Translations under genes and position numbers: made by a program
Origin: a virus
Taxonomy: Duplodnaviria > Caudoviricetes
Length of the DNA: 64,000 nt
IMG/VR virus record: IMGVR_UViG_3300050335_000039
Span: 14,811 to 78,810 of that record
Direction: 5' to 3' (one strand)
Notes under the pieces: generated by a model
What the model was told of the DNA's origin: nothing
Database searches by the model: none
The model's input: the letters and a program-made list of their open reading frames with translations, nothing else
Shown here: positions 9,209 to 17,846 of the stretch, one piece after another
How positions within the stretch are numbered: the first letter of the stretch is position 1
Layout of the letters: every line of letters begins with the position of its first letter

Positions 9209-9269
9209 ATGGTGGGTGTAGGAATCGAACCTACGAAAAATATATGAGATACCAATCTCTACCCACCAT
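9209..9269 (-). ncRNA. tRNA-like RNA lacking the anticodon arm
   Basis: ATGGTGGGT/ACCCACCAT stem, GAGAT-TGGT-ATCTC arm, GTAGG-TTCGATT-CCTAC T-arm; only ATATATTTTTC between the arms. Confidence 0.6.
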
Positions 9270-9279
9270 ACAAATTACA

Positions 9280-10119
9280 CTAATTGCCCATTAGAACATT
9301 AATTTGTTTTTCAATATCTTCAATACTATCCTTAAGTTCTGGGCTATCAACACTATCTTCAGCAAGAAAATCATCCTTACTCTTGCGTGCCATATAAATA
9401 TCTTTTAAAAGCACTCCATTTCGTAATTCTACAATCTCTTCTGGAGTTAATGAAATAATACAATTTGATAAATCAAATAAGTCTTCTTTATTTACACTAA
9501 CCTCATCGTTCCTGCTAATGATTGGCATGGTCTTTACTTTCATTTCTCTTCCAGAACCTGAAACTACCAACATAATATCGTATGATGTAATAGGTAGCGG
9601 TTTAGAATCCGGTAAAGTAGGATCAACATCAATAGCATAAACTGATTTAGAAAGTGCTTCTAACTCAGAAAATAGCTCAACACCACGAGATAAAACTTTT
9701 ACCTGATTTAATTGAGTTTCAGCAACATCAACAATAAAATTATTGCATGATGGGCAGGTTTGTGGATAGGCATTAGAGATTTTTTTTACCGCTTCACCAC
9801 AATTAGGGCATACTTTAGCAGGAGTACGGTCAAGAACGTTTACCAAATATGTTTTACGTGAAGGAATATACGAAGGGTCTTTTTTGTATTCCTTTGGGTT
9901 CTTCATAAAAATATTTCTATTATCAGCACAAATTGGACAATCCTCACCCAGACATAATACTGAGATTCCATTAATCCAATGTGTAAAATATAATTTAGCC
10001 TTACTATCTAAAATTCTAATAATATGGTTTCCTGGAGTAAATTTTAAATAGGTCGTCTTTTTATTATCGAATTGTTTTTGTTTAATATCAATATCTGCAA
10101 ACATAGTTTTATTCTCCAT
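9280..10119 (-). CDS. Single-stranded DNA-binding protein (gp32-like) with extra zinc ribbon
   Basis: IRIL...HW...CLGEDCPIC, YLVNVLDR, CPNC/CPSC insert, acidic C-terminus. Confidence 0.7.
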   Translation of the reverse strand: MENKTMFADIDIKQKQFDNKKTTYLKFTPGNHIIRILDSKAKLYFTHWINGISVLCLGEDCPICADNRNIFMKNPKEYKKDPSYIPSRKTYLVNVLDRTPAKVCPNCGEAVKKISNAYPQTCPSCNNFIVDVAETQLNQVKVLSRGVELFSELEALSKSVYAIDVDPTLPDSKPLPITSYDIMLVVSGSGREMKVKTMPIISRNDEVSVNKEDLFDLSNCIISLTPEEIVELRNGVLLKDIYMARKSKDDFLAEDSVDSPELKDSIEDIEKQINVLMGN

Positions 10120-10399
10120 TTTCGTTTAATAAATTTTTAATAAGCTCAGTTGTATTTATTCTTTCTTCTTCTAAATATTTTACGGCTTCTTCTATTGTCA
10201 ATTTGTTTAGTTCATTGCTTAGTTTCAAGTATTTCCTAAATGCTAACTCCATTCCTACCATCTGTAAGTATCTAATTTGATTTATTGATTCTGTATTCAA
10301 AACAATATTTTCTGGAAACTCAGATAATACATCGGTAAATTTAATATTTTGATACTGACCCAATGAATACAAACGTTCAAGACCGATATTCCTAACCAT
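10109..10399 (-). CDS. Hypothetical protein
   Basis: 96-aa ORF, AGGAGG Shine-Dalgarno. Confidence 0.6.
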   Translation of the reverse strand: MVRNIGLERLYSLGQYQNIKFTDVLSEFPENIVLNTESINQIRYLQMVGMELAFRKYLKLSNELNKLTIEEAVKYLEEERINTTELIKNLLNENGE

Positions 10400-10418
10400 A
10401 TAACCTCCTTTCTATTTA

Positions 10419-10447
10419 ATTTTACACCATTATATACTAGCTGTCAA
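10419..10447 (-). promoter_or_regulatory. Sigma70-type promoter for the SSB operon
   Basis: TTGACA-17 bp-TAAAAT. Confidence 0.65.
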
Positions 10448-11471
10448 GGTCTATTTCTTCCAACTCAATATTATCTATATGAATATCATTCGTATTATTT
10501 ATAGCATTTAAACCACTAGTATATATTTCCTTATATAGATCGGGCTTTTCCTGTAAAAGCTCATACATCTTATTAAATCCTTGGGCTAGATTTGTTTCTC
10601 CAAAAACATAATATGGGCCCCTCTTTTTTAGTATTCCTATAGTTTCTGAAAAATGAATTAAATCTTTAATACTATCTATACCTTTACCAAATATAATAGG
10701 TAATATATAACTTCTAAATGGTGGAGCTAATTTATTTTTCTTAATGGTATATTTTGATATACTTCCAACAACTGTTTTACCAGTAGTAATTTGTTGTCCT
10801 TTCGTTAATGAAATCATAATGCTACTAAAATGTTTTAAGGCATGTCCACCTGGAATACTATAACCATGCGTATAACTTCCTACATTATCTCTAACTTGAT
10901 TTAGAAACACAAATGCTATATTATTCTTTCTAATATTAAACATGTTTCTTTTTAGAAATTTAGTAACATCCCTAGAAACAGAAGATACTTGTACATCACC
11001 AAAATCATCTTCTTTTTCTTTCTTTGTTACTATACTTCCTATTGAATCAAATACTATTAATCCAAATTCATTTGAATTAATACCAATTTCTGCTATTTCA
11101 AAGGCATGTTCAGAATCTTCTGGTTGAAATATTTTAATGTTATCCTCAGTAAAAATATTTTTACCTATAACCGCCCTGGCATAGTTATAGTCTAATTGAT
11201 TTTCCATATCAATATATAAAACCTTATCTCCACTTTGAATAGCATTTTTAGCTATACTTAAAGCTAAAGTGGTCTTACCACTAGATTCTGGCCCGTCTAT
11301 ATGTGTTATTCTTCCTTTTGGTATTCCTCCTATACCCAATGAAATATCAAGAGACGGTGTATCTGTAGATATTACATCTAGTTTACTTTTATCTTCTACT
11401 ACTAATAAATCTTCTACAAGATCACCAAATTCTTGTTCTATCATTCCCATAAATGAATTGTCTTTAGGCAT
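10437..11471 (-). CDS. recA: RecA/UvsX recombinase
   Basis: SLDISLGIGGIPKGRI, GPESSGKTT, FDSIGS, NQVR, GGHALK. Confidence 0.95.
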   Translation of the reverse strand: MPKDNSFMGMIEQEFGDLVEDLLVVEDKSKLDVISTDTPSLDISLGIGGIPKGRITHIDGPESSGKTTLALSIAKNAIQSGDKVLYIDMENQLDYNYARAVIGKNIFTEDNIKIFQPEDSEHAFEIAEIGINSNEFGLIVFDSIGSIVTKKEKEDDFGDVQVSSVSRDVTKFLKRNMFNIRKNNIAFVFLNQVRDNVGSYTHGYSIPGGHALKHFSSIMISLTKGQQITTGKTVVGSISKYTIKKNKLAPPFRSYILPIIFGKGIDSIKDLIHFSETIGILKKRGPYYVFGETNLAQGFNKMYELLQEKPDLYKEIYTSGLNAINNTNDIHIDNIELEEIDLDS

Positions 11472-11667
11472 CTGTTTTTCCCTTAGGTTTTTCTATACTA
11501 TCTATAAATTCTTGTTCTGCTTCTTCTGAAGCAAATTTAAATATAGTCAATCCGGCTATGTTATAATCTGTAGTGTAAAATTTAATAATTTCATCGGACA
11601 ATGTATCTATACCGATATAGGTAATAGGTTTTCCATATCTATTATTAAATTCTATCAATGTACGCAT
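11464..11667 (-). CDS. Hypothetical protein
   Basis: 67-aa ORF coupled to neighbours. Confidence 0.45.
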   Translation of the reverse strand: MRTLIEFNNRYGKPITYIGIDTLSDEIIKFYTTDYNIAGLTIFKFASEEAEQEFIDSIEKPKGKTDA

Positions 11668-11933
11668 AGATCGTCCTTCAAGTTTACTTTAGGGATTAAA
11701 GATTCCACATAATCTGTTGCTACGTGCATAGCTTGATCCATATCTTCTATTAAATTTCCATTTAGATCAAGATCACGGTTACTAAATCCCTTTAAATTTT
11801 CATCATTATACCAACCATACCATTTTTCTTCTAGAAATGAAAATCCAATGTGCCCACCAAATAAATTTAAATAATCATTTCTATACTCATCAATAAGAAG
11901 CCTATTTAATTTATTTTTAAACTCAATATTCAT
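11655..11933 (-). CDS. Hypothetical protein
   Basis: 92-aa ORF coupled to polA. Confidence 0.5.
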   Translation of the reverse strand: MNIEFKNKLNRLLIDEYRNDYLNLFGGHIGFSFLEEKWYGWYNDENLKGFSNRDLDLNGNLIEDMDQAMHVATDYVESLIPKVNLKDDLCVH

Positions 11934-11935
11934 AT

Positions 11936-13822
11936 TTATCCTTTACTCCAACAATTATCTATCTTTCCTTCAACTTTAGCTGGTACAATATCTTTTAGAA
12001 AAAATCTTTCTGGCTCTAACATTGAATTTTTTATAAACTCAAATGCCTCATTAGCTATATCTTTTCTAGCCATACAAACTATTTCATCATGTACTTGCAT
12101 TAATATTTTAAGTTTATCGTCTCCAAACGGGTTATTATAAAAAATATTACAAAGTGCTAATTTTGTCATGTCAGCACATCCACCTTGAATAACGTGATTA
12201 AATCCCTTCCTGCATATACTACCTTCTAACATTTGTTTTTCTTTGTAATCTTTATACAAAGTAGGTAAAGAAAAAAATCTCTTTCTTCCTATAGGAGTGG
12301 AAGAATATAGATTATTTAATACAAATTTAGATACAGCATCTTTATATAAAGATAAAGATGGATAGGCTTTTTCATAGAAATTTTTGATATATTTTTTTCC
12401 ATTTTCTAATGGAATTGAAAAATTTTTAAATAGACCCCACTCACTAATTCCATAAACAATACCAAAATTTAATGTTTTTCCTATATGCCTATCATCCTTT
12501 GTAACCCTATCTATATCAACTCCTAAAACAAGTGATGCAGTATTAGTATGAAGATCAATATCATTTACAAATGCTTTAATCATATTACTTTCTTTAAAAT
12601 TAACACATAGAAACCTAAGCTCTTGTTGAGAATAATCAAAAGTAATAATTACGTAGTCATCATCAGCAATAAAACACGTCCTATATTCACTTTCTCTAAC
12701 AATATTTTGTAGATTAGGATCACTAGACGAATATCTACCACTACGTGTACCAAGCTGATTAAAATTACTGTGAATTTTGCCTGTTACAGGATTTACATTC
12801 TCTATAAATTTTTCTCCAAAAGATGTTACTTTTTTAGATATACCTCTATAATTAATTATATCATTTATTAGTTTATTATTTGTAATTTTATTTAAAGTTT
12901 TCTCATTAGTATCTTTTAAATTTAACCCGTATATATTGTTTAGTATAGAAAGAACCTGTTTATTAGAGTTTAAATTTATATGGTCTCTAAGATATAACTC
13001 CATAAATGATGTTTCTTTAATTGATTTTAATAGCTCTTTATCGCTTTTTTTCTGTACAGGAATACACAGAAAATTAAATAAATCTAGTGCATTATCAAAT
13101 TTTTTATAATTAATAATATCTTTTACTATTTTATCCTTTAATTCGTTTGTAGAGGATTCTGTTTCGGAAATAGCTATTTCATCTAATTTTTTCCACGCAT
13201 CAACATCAAGTTTAATGCCATTAAATTCCATACTTGCTGTAACTGGAATTGTTCTATTTTCTAAATCTAAGACATTTAGCATTTTAGTTTCTTCAAATCT
13301 TTTATATTGCTTTTCCTTTATTATTTCAAGGTATTTTATATCATTATCTGAATATTCTAAAATATCCTCTGGTATATCATCTCCAACTTTATGTTCTTTA
13401 TAGAAATATTCTCTAACTTCTTTATCCAATGTAATACCACAATATTTCTCTACAAGTTCTTTTAGTGAATAAAATTGTTTTCCTATTCCGCTATAAGAAA
13501 GTATTTCTGCTATCATTGTGTCATATACATTTTTTAAATAGATTCCTGTAGCGGATTTTATGAATTTTATATCAAATTTTATATTATGACCTATTACAAG
13601 TTTATCTTCTATAAAACTTATATAATATGTTAATAATTTATTTCCTAATTTTTCAGCATTTAATATATAGGAGTTATTATTTATTTTTATTTGCACAAGA
13701 ATTAAAGTATTAGAATGACAATCTAATCCTGTAGTTTCCGTATCAAGAGATACTTGGTTTGCTGTAAAAATATCTTTTTGAAATTGACTAATATATTTTA
13801 AATCAGTAACATAATATCTCAA
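11936..13822 (-). CDS. polA: Family A DNA polymerase with 3'-5' exonuclease domain
   Basis: LDTET, GHNIKFD, SGRYSSSDPNLQNI, DYSQQELR, KTLNFGIVYG, QVHDE; TTG start. Confidence 0.95.
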   Translation of the reverse strand: MRYYVTDLKYISQFQKDIFTANQVSLDTETTGLDCHSNTLILVQIKINNNSYILNAEKLGNKLLTYYISFIEDKLVIGHNIKFDIKFIKSATGIYLKNVYDTMIAEILSYSGIGKQFYSLKELVEKYCGITLDKEVREYFYKEHKVGDDIPEDILEYSDNDIKYLEIIKEKQYKRFEETKMLNVLDLENRTIPVTASMEFNGIKLDVDAWKKLDEIAISETESSTNELKDKIVKDIINYKKFDNALDLFNFLCIPVQKKSDKELLKSIKETSFMELYLRDHINLNSNKQVLSILNNIYGLNLKDTNEKTLNKITNNKLINDIINYRGISKKVTSFGEKFIENVNPVTGKIHSNFNQLGTRSGRYSSSDPNLQNIVRESEYRTCFIADDDYVIITFDYSQQELRFLCVNFKESNMIKAFVNDIDLHTNTASLVLGVDIDRVTKDDRHIGKTLNFGIVYGISEWGLFKNFSIPLENGKKYIKNFYEKAYPSLSLYKDAVSKFVLNNLYSSTPIGRKRFFSLPTLYKDYKEKQMLEGSICRKGFNHVIQGGCADMTKLALCNIFYNNPFGDDKLKILMQVHDEIVCMARKDIANEAFEFIKNSMLEPERFFLKDIVPAKVEGKIDNCWSKG

Positions 13823-13989
13823 TTTATCTCCTCTTCTAACTCCTCAACAAGTAGAGCTAAATCTTCTAAAGCATCTTCATAATCTTTTCCTTCAATTTCT
13901 TCTTTATAATAAAGACTGCAATGAATAAATGCTTTAATCCTATTTAGTATATAGACATCATTATTTACATTTTTAATATCAGTTGCCAT
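13819..13989 (-). CDS. Small acidic hypothetical protein (56 aa)
   Basis: Hand translation MATDIKNVNNDVYILNRIKAF...; AGGAG SD; stop overlaps polA start. Confidence 0.5.
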   Translation of the reverse strand: MATDIKNVNNDVYILNRIKAFIHCSLYYKEEIEGKDYEDALEDLALLVEELEEEIN

Positions 13990-14021
13990 AATATAAATCT
14001 CCTTTTTATTAAAATAAAAAA

Positions 14022-14096
14022 TGGAATAGTCAGGAGTTGAACCTGATTTTTAGCTTGTATTTATATTTAATAGCCAGTGTTCCACAACTCTATTCC
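14022..14096 (-). tRNA. tRNA-like gene with a 16-nt AT-rich loop in place of the anticodon loop (pseudo-tRNA)
   Basis: GGAATAG/CTATTCC acceptor, TCAGG-TTCAACT-CCTGA T-arm, TGGCT/AGCTA stem closing ATTAAATATAAATACA. Confidence 0.5.
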
Positions 14097-14258
14097 ATAA
14101 TACGGTTACACCATCCGTATCGCCGTACGGCTCATGACTCCGAGTACTTATCACGGCGTTGCACTTGACCGATACCCTTCTGGGTATCTTTACTACCTCT
14201 ACACATGGCAGAGAAGCTGATACATCCTACTACCTCAACAAGTGAGACTTCAGATGTG
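14097..14258 (-). ncRNA. Unidentified GC-rich structured RNA between tRNA-like genes
   Basis: Hairpins GATACCC-AGAA-GGGTATC, CCGTA/TACGG, CTCA/TGAG; ends CACATC/GATGGTG can pair; no ORF. Confidence 0.4.
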
Positions 14259-14330
14259 TAGCGGGATATAGGAATTGAACCTACTTTTATGAGCTTATGA
14301 AACTCTCACGATACCAACCGTCCACCCGCT
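14259..14330 (-). tRNA. tRNA-like gene, anticodon CAU (Met or Ile2), imperfect acceptor stem and 4-nt D-loop
   Basis: AGCGGG/CCCGCT, CGGT-TGGT-ATCG, GAGT-TTCATAA-GCTC, GTAGG-TTCAATT-CCTAT. Confidence 0.55.
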
Positions 14331-14381
14331 AAATATCCTATATTAGGTACATATCTTGTTTTTATATAAATGTAAAACTAT

Positions 14382-14453
14382 AGCCGCTACGGAGATTCAA
14401 ACTCCGATCCGTCTTCTCGATTAAAGACATCCTATCAATTGAACGATAGCGGC
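14382..14453 (-). tRNA. tRNA-like gene with 8-nt anticodon loop (Arg UCG-derived?)
   Basis: Perfect GCCGCTA/TAGCGGC, GTCTT-TAATCGAG-AAGAC, CGGAG-TTTGAAT-CTCCG; D-loop lacks GG. Confidence 0.5.
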
Positions 14454-14457
14454 TAAA

Positions 14458-14529
14458 AGTAGGGTAAGGATTTGCACCTATTTTATCTTTATACATTACA
14501 AATGTATATTACGCCTATTACGATCCTAC
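14458..14529 (-). tRNA. tRNA-Thr(UGU)-like gene, weak D- and T-arms
   Basis: ATACA-TTTGTAA-TGTAT anticodon arm, GG-TGCAAAT-CC T-loop, GTAGGAT/ACCCTAC acceptor with one mismatch. Confidence 0.5.
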
Positions 14530-14590
14530 CTAAATTCTTTATTTGCGCTTCCCTATTCAGTTATGAAAGTTCAATCTTGCTTATAATTTA

Positions 14591-14619
14591 ATTATAACAT
14601 ATTTTTATACGTTTGTCAA
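14591..14619 (-). promoter_or_regulatory. Sigma70-type promoter for the tRNA-like cluster
   Basis: TTGACA-17 bp-TATAAT with TG extension. Confidence 0.85.
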
Positions 14620-14699
14620 TAGGTAATTTTAATTAAATTGAATTTATTATTTTATAAATTAATGCTTTTCACCTCTTGACTAATACAGTATTTTAATTT

Positions 14700-15073
14700 C
14701 AAGCTATCAATTTATCAAAGCCTCAGCTATATAAATATAATGAGGCGCAATGCTACCCAGGTACAAGTAACATTGGGTTTATTTATGAGGCGCTACGTGA
14801 TTACGGTAGTAGCATACCAACATCGCTAGCCAACCTTTTTCAAGGAAGCCCAGGTGGTCGAGTTTACCTATAGGCTAGCAACCCACAAGACCGACGGGCG
14901 GGGACTCTCTCGCTAAAAAGCGAGCGTAGCATACCCCTTTCAGCCATCATTATATGATGACAGTCTTACTGTTAAATACAGTAAGAAGTCTGGGATTTTA
15001 TTTGTCGCAATCGCTTACCAAAAATGGTGTACCTGTTAAGCGTTTTAGGGTTATAGAGCGACTATGTTTTATA
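14700..15073 (-). ncRNA. Unidentified ~370-nt multi-hairpin RNA candidate
   Basis: No credible ORF, GC-rich versus flanks, at least 7 stems, a GAAA tetraloop and a G-U pair valid only on the minus strand, directly downstream of a promoter. Confidence 0.5.
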
Positions 15074-15079
15074 TTATAT

Positions 15080-15109
15080 ATTATACCACAAAACACAATT
15101 TCGTGTCAA
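15080..15109 (-). promoter_or_regulatory. Leftward promoter of a divergent pair
   Basis: TTGACA-18 bp-TATAAT, TG extension, spacer CGAAATTGTGTTTTGTGG. Confidence 0.75.
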
Positions 15110-15113
15110 TATA

Positions 15114-15142
15114 TTGACTTTTTTTTCATTTTGTGGTATAAT
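15114..15142 (+). promoter_or_regulatory. Rightward promoter of a divergent pair
   Basis: TTGACT-17 bp-TATAAT, TG extension. Confidence 0.8.
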
Positions 15143-15209
15143 TATATTTATAGAGAGTTAACTGTATATACTCTCTTGTTTAATTATATTATACCACAGA
15201 AAGGTTAAA

Positions 15210-15464
15210 ATGTCAATACATATTGGAGATAAATTATATAAATGTTTATATTGCGGTAAAGTATATTCTAAAGATGTCTTAGCCGATGCCTGTAGAGAGT
15301 CACATAATTTAATTTATATACCAATTAGTTATGATGACCTCCAGAGATTAATACAATATATTTGGGTTGGAGATAAAAATTTATTGACAGCTAGCTTAAT
15401 GAATACATTACAAAAATATAATAGATTAGCTAAGGAGGAAATTAAAGAATTTAAAGATGAATGA
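15210..15464 (+). CDS. Small zinc-finger protein
   Basis: CLYC...CRESH (C2HC/C2H2-like). Confidence 0.55.
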   Translation: MSIHIGDKLYKCLYCGKVYSKDVLADACRESHNLIYIPISYDDLQRLIQYIWVGDKNLLTASLMNTLQKYNRLAKEEIKEFKDE

Positions 15465-15657
15465 TGTATGTTTAGTTTGCGGAAATAATATATTACCAAA
15501 TGATAAAAAATATATGCTGGCGTGTGATAGGCCATTTTTTAATTTGTTTATTCATAGAGAATGTTGGTATAACATAAGAGAAAATTTATTAGACTGGTTA
15601 AAAATAAATATAGAAAAAATTGTTGAAATTACAAATAAATCAGTAAAAATAAGATAA
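15457..15657 (+). CDS. Small zinc-finger protein
   Basis: CLVC...HREC pattern. Confidence 0.55.
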   Translation: MNDVCLVCGNNILPNDKKYMLACDRPFFNLFIHRECWYNIRENLLDWLKINIEKIVEITNKSVKIR

Positions 15658-15660
15658 TTA

Positions 15661-15690
15661 TTTACATAAAACATAAAAATATGTTATAAT
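15661..15690 (+). promoter_or_regulatory. Sigma70-type promoter
   Basis: TTTACA-18 bp-TATAAT with TG extension. Confidence 0.55.
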
Positions 15691-15707
15691 TAATAATAGG
15701 AGGAACA

Positions 15708-15869
15708 ATGACAGATCAAACATTAAATATAAACGAAGAGCAATATTATGAAAGTAAATTTGATGAACCAGAAGAGATAATTTGTCCTGAATGTGGACAA
15801 CCTGCCGTTGAAAAAAATGGACATTGTCTAACTTGTCACGAATGCGGTTGGTCTGCTTGTGTTATGTAA
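15708..15869 (+). CDS. Stand-alone zinc ribbon resembling the C-terminus of class II RNR (53 aa)
   Basis: Hand translation ...ICPECGQPAVEKNGHCLTCHECGWSACVM; AGGAGG SD; missed by ORF track. Confidence 0.6.
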   Translation: MTDQTLNINEEQYYESKFDEPEEIICPECGQPAVEKNGHCLTCHECGWSACVM

Positions 15870-15872
15870 AAT

Positions 15873-16562
15873 ATGGCTGATAGAAGATTAACTTTACCTG
15901 ATAAGAAAAAGATTAGAAATTTAAAGCAATATAAAAATATGAGCGAAGAAGAGTTTGAAGAAATATGGGAGAAAAAAATTACAAACTCTGTTTTTCCTAT
16001 CGAATTTGAGAAAAGAATTGATAGAAAATTAAAAGAGTTTGAAGATGATTATGATCTATCTGACTTAAAAGTAAACGATAAATTAGTATTAAGAGCTCTC
16101 ATACAAAGTATTTTAACTCTGGAAGATTTGGAGAAAGTTGTTTTTGAGATAAGAAAAGAAGGTTTTGATGATATAGATAATGTGTTGAAATTAGAAAAAA
16201 TAAGTACAGTTATGAATAAACTTCGTAACGATATTTCTAATATGCAAACTGATTTAAAAATAACTAGGAAGCACAGAAAAGGAGATAAGGAAACCAGCGT
16301 TATTAATTATCTAGAGGATTTAAAATTAAAAGCTAAACAGTTTTATGAGAGTAAAATGAGTTATGTATTTTGCCCTAAATGCAATATGCTTTTGGGTACT
16401 GTGTGGTTTTTATATCCTTATGGTAAAAATAAATTAATTTTTAATTGTGATAGAATTCTTGAAAATGGAGAAAAATGCGATGGAGTTGTAAATATCTCTA
16501 GTAAGGAATTAATGGAAAATCGTGGTACTAATAATTTAAATATACCGGAGAGTATGAGATAA
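15873..16562 (+). CDS. Hypothetical protein, possible terminase small subunit
   Basis: Helical/coiled-coil N-terminal part plus CPKC zinc ribbon; heads the operon leading to TerL; positional inference only. Confidence 0.35.
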   Translation: MADRRLTLPDKKKIRNLKQYKNMSEEEFEEIWEKKITNSVFPIEFEKRIDRKLKEFEDDYDLSDLKVNDKLVLRALIQSILTLEDLEKVVFEIRKEGFDDIDNVLKLEKISTVMNKLRNDISNMQTDLKITRKHRKGDKETSVINYLEDLKLKAKQFYESKMSYVFCPKCNMLLGTVWFLYPYGKNKLIFNCDRILENGEKCDGVVNISSKELMENRGTNNLNIPESMR

Positions 16563-17485
16563 TGTCTAAATTAAATGTCTTATTTGTAGGTGGAGGAAGA
16601 AGGGTTTCGTTAGCCAAAAAATTTATTGAAAACGGATTTAATATTTATGGATATGAAATTAATAATAGAATGCCGCTATCTTCTGTTGGAAAGATTATTT
16701 GCGGAAAGGATTGGAAAGACCCTGAAATTTATTCAGATATAAAATATATTATTGATAAATATAAAATAAATTTGCTATTACCATTACAAGATGAGGCCGT
16801 AACCGTATGCTCTAAAATACACGTTGACAATTGCGTTACATTAGCATCGGATTTTTACCCTAGTAGTATTTGCTTGGATAAAAAATTATTTGAAGAATTT
16901 TGTTTAAATTATTTTCCTGATATTTATCCAAAAGTATCTGGTTACCCAAAAATAGCTAAACCAAGATTTGGCTTTGGTTCAAGAGGAATTGCTATTCTTA
17001 ATAACGAAGAAGATGAAAAATTTTTATTTAGAACAAATGATAGAGATTCTTATATATTACAAAAATTTGTACAGGGTACTGAATATTCTGTAGATACATA
17101 TTTTGATAATTATTATAATGCAGTAGATTCTGTTTCTAGGAAAAGAGCTAGAGTAGGAAGCGGAGAAGTAATAACAAGTATAACTGAGAGACAAAATAAT
17201 ATAATATATTTAGCAGAAGATTTGGGCCATTCTATCGGTCTTATTGGGCCAGTATGCTCACAGTTTATAGTTACTCCTGATGGGAATCCTTTCGTTTTGG
17301 AAGTAAATTCAAGATTTGGAGGGGGTTCTACGCTTAGTATAGAGGCCGGTTTAGATTTTATTAAATTGATTAAGAGCGAGTATTTTGGCTATAACTTTAA
17401 ATATACCAGAGGAGAATGGAAGAATAATTTGCTAATGGAAAGAAGTTTTGAGGATTTCTTTTATGAAGATAGCCCTAGACCTTGA
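16562..17485 (+). CDS. ATP-grasp ligase (carbamoyl-phosphate-synthase-like, glycan-biosynthesis type)
   Basis: GGGRRVSL, DKKLFEEF, KPRFGFGSRG, QKFVQGTEYSVD, EVNSRFGGG. Confidence 0.8.
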   Translation: MSKLNVLFVGGGRRVSLAKKFIENGFNIYGYEINNRMPLSSVGKIICGKDWKDPEIYSDIKYIIDKYKINLLLPLQDEAVTVCSKIHVDNCVTLASDFYPSSICLDKKLFEEFCLNYFPDIYPKVSGYPKIAKPRFGFGSRGIAILNNEEDEKFLFRTNDRDSYILQKFVQGTEYSVDTYFDNYYNAVDSVSRKRARVGSGEVITSITERQNNIIYLAEDLGHSIGLIGPVCSQFIVTPDGNPFVLEVNSRFGGGSTLSIEAGLDFIKLIKSEYFGYNFKYTRGEWKNNLLMERSFEDFFYEDSPRP

Positions 17486-17846
17486 CGGTACTTGTTGGAA
17501 ACATAAAGAATTTTTCATAAATCTTTGTAAATCTATGAAAAATATGGGACATTCTATTGGAATACTAACGGCACATTTTGAGGAAGAATGTAAAAACAAA
17601 GATTTAGATAAATGGATAAATGATGGATTTCCACAACCAGATTTTTATATAGGTAGAAAAGGAGATGAACATAATATGCTAATAGGAGAATGGAAAAGAA
17701 ATATGTTAGATAAGTATAAAATAGATTATTTGTTTGATGATTTTGGCGGAAATAATTCTGATATAATTAATACGTTTTTTGAGAAAGATACAGATTCGAC
17801 TGTATTTATAGTTATACCCGGAGAAGATAAAAATGCCAAAGTTTAA
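17463..17846 (+). CDS. HAD-superfamily phosphatase
   Basis: MKIALDLDGT motif I, LTA motif II, LFDD motif IV. Confidence 0.7.
   Translation: MKIALDLDGTCWKHKEFFINLCKSMKNMGHSIGILTAHFEEECKNKDLDKWINDGFPQPDFYIGRKGDEHNMLIGEWKRNMLDKYKIDYLFDDFGGNNSDIINTFFEKDTDSTVFIVIPGEDKNAKV

Noticed and set aside
14101-14136. GAGCCGTA resembling the start of group II intron domain V
   Set aside because: The hairpin is too short for a 34-nt domain V, and no GTGCG 5' end, domain VI or RT gene is present
14219-14237. Minus strand TGAGGTAGTAGGATGTAT resembles animal let-7 miRNA
   Set aside because: Short match, no precursor hairpin context and biologically implausible; treated as coincidence
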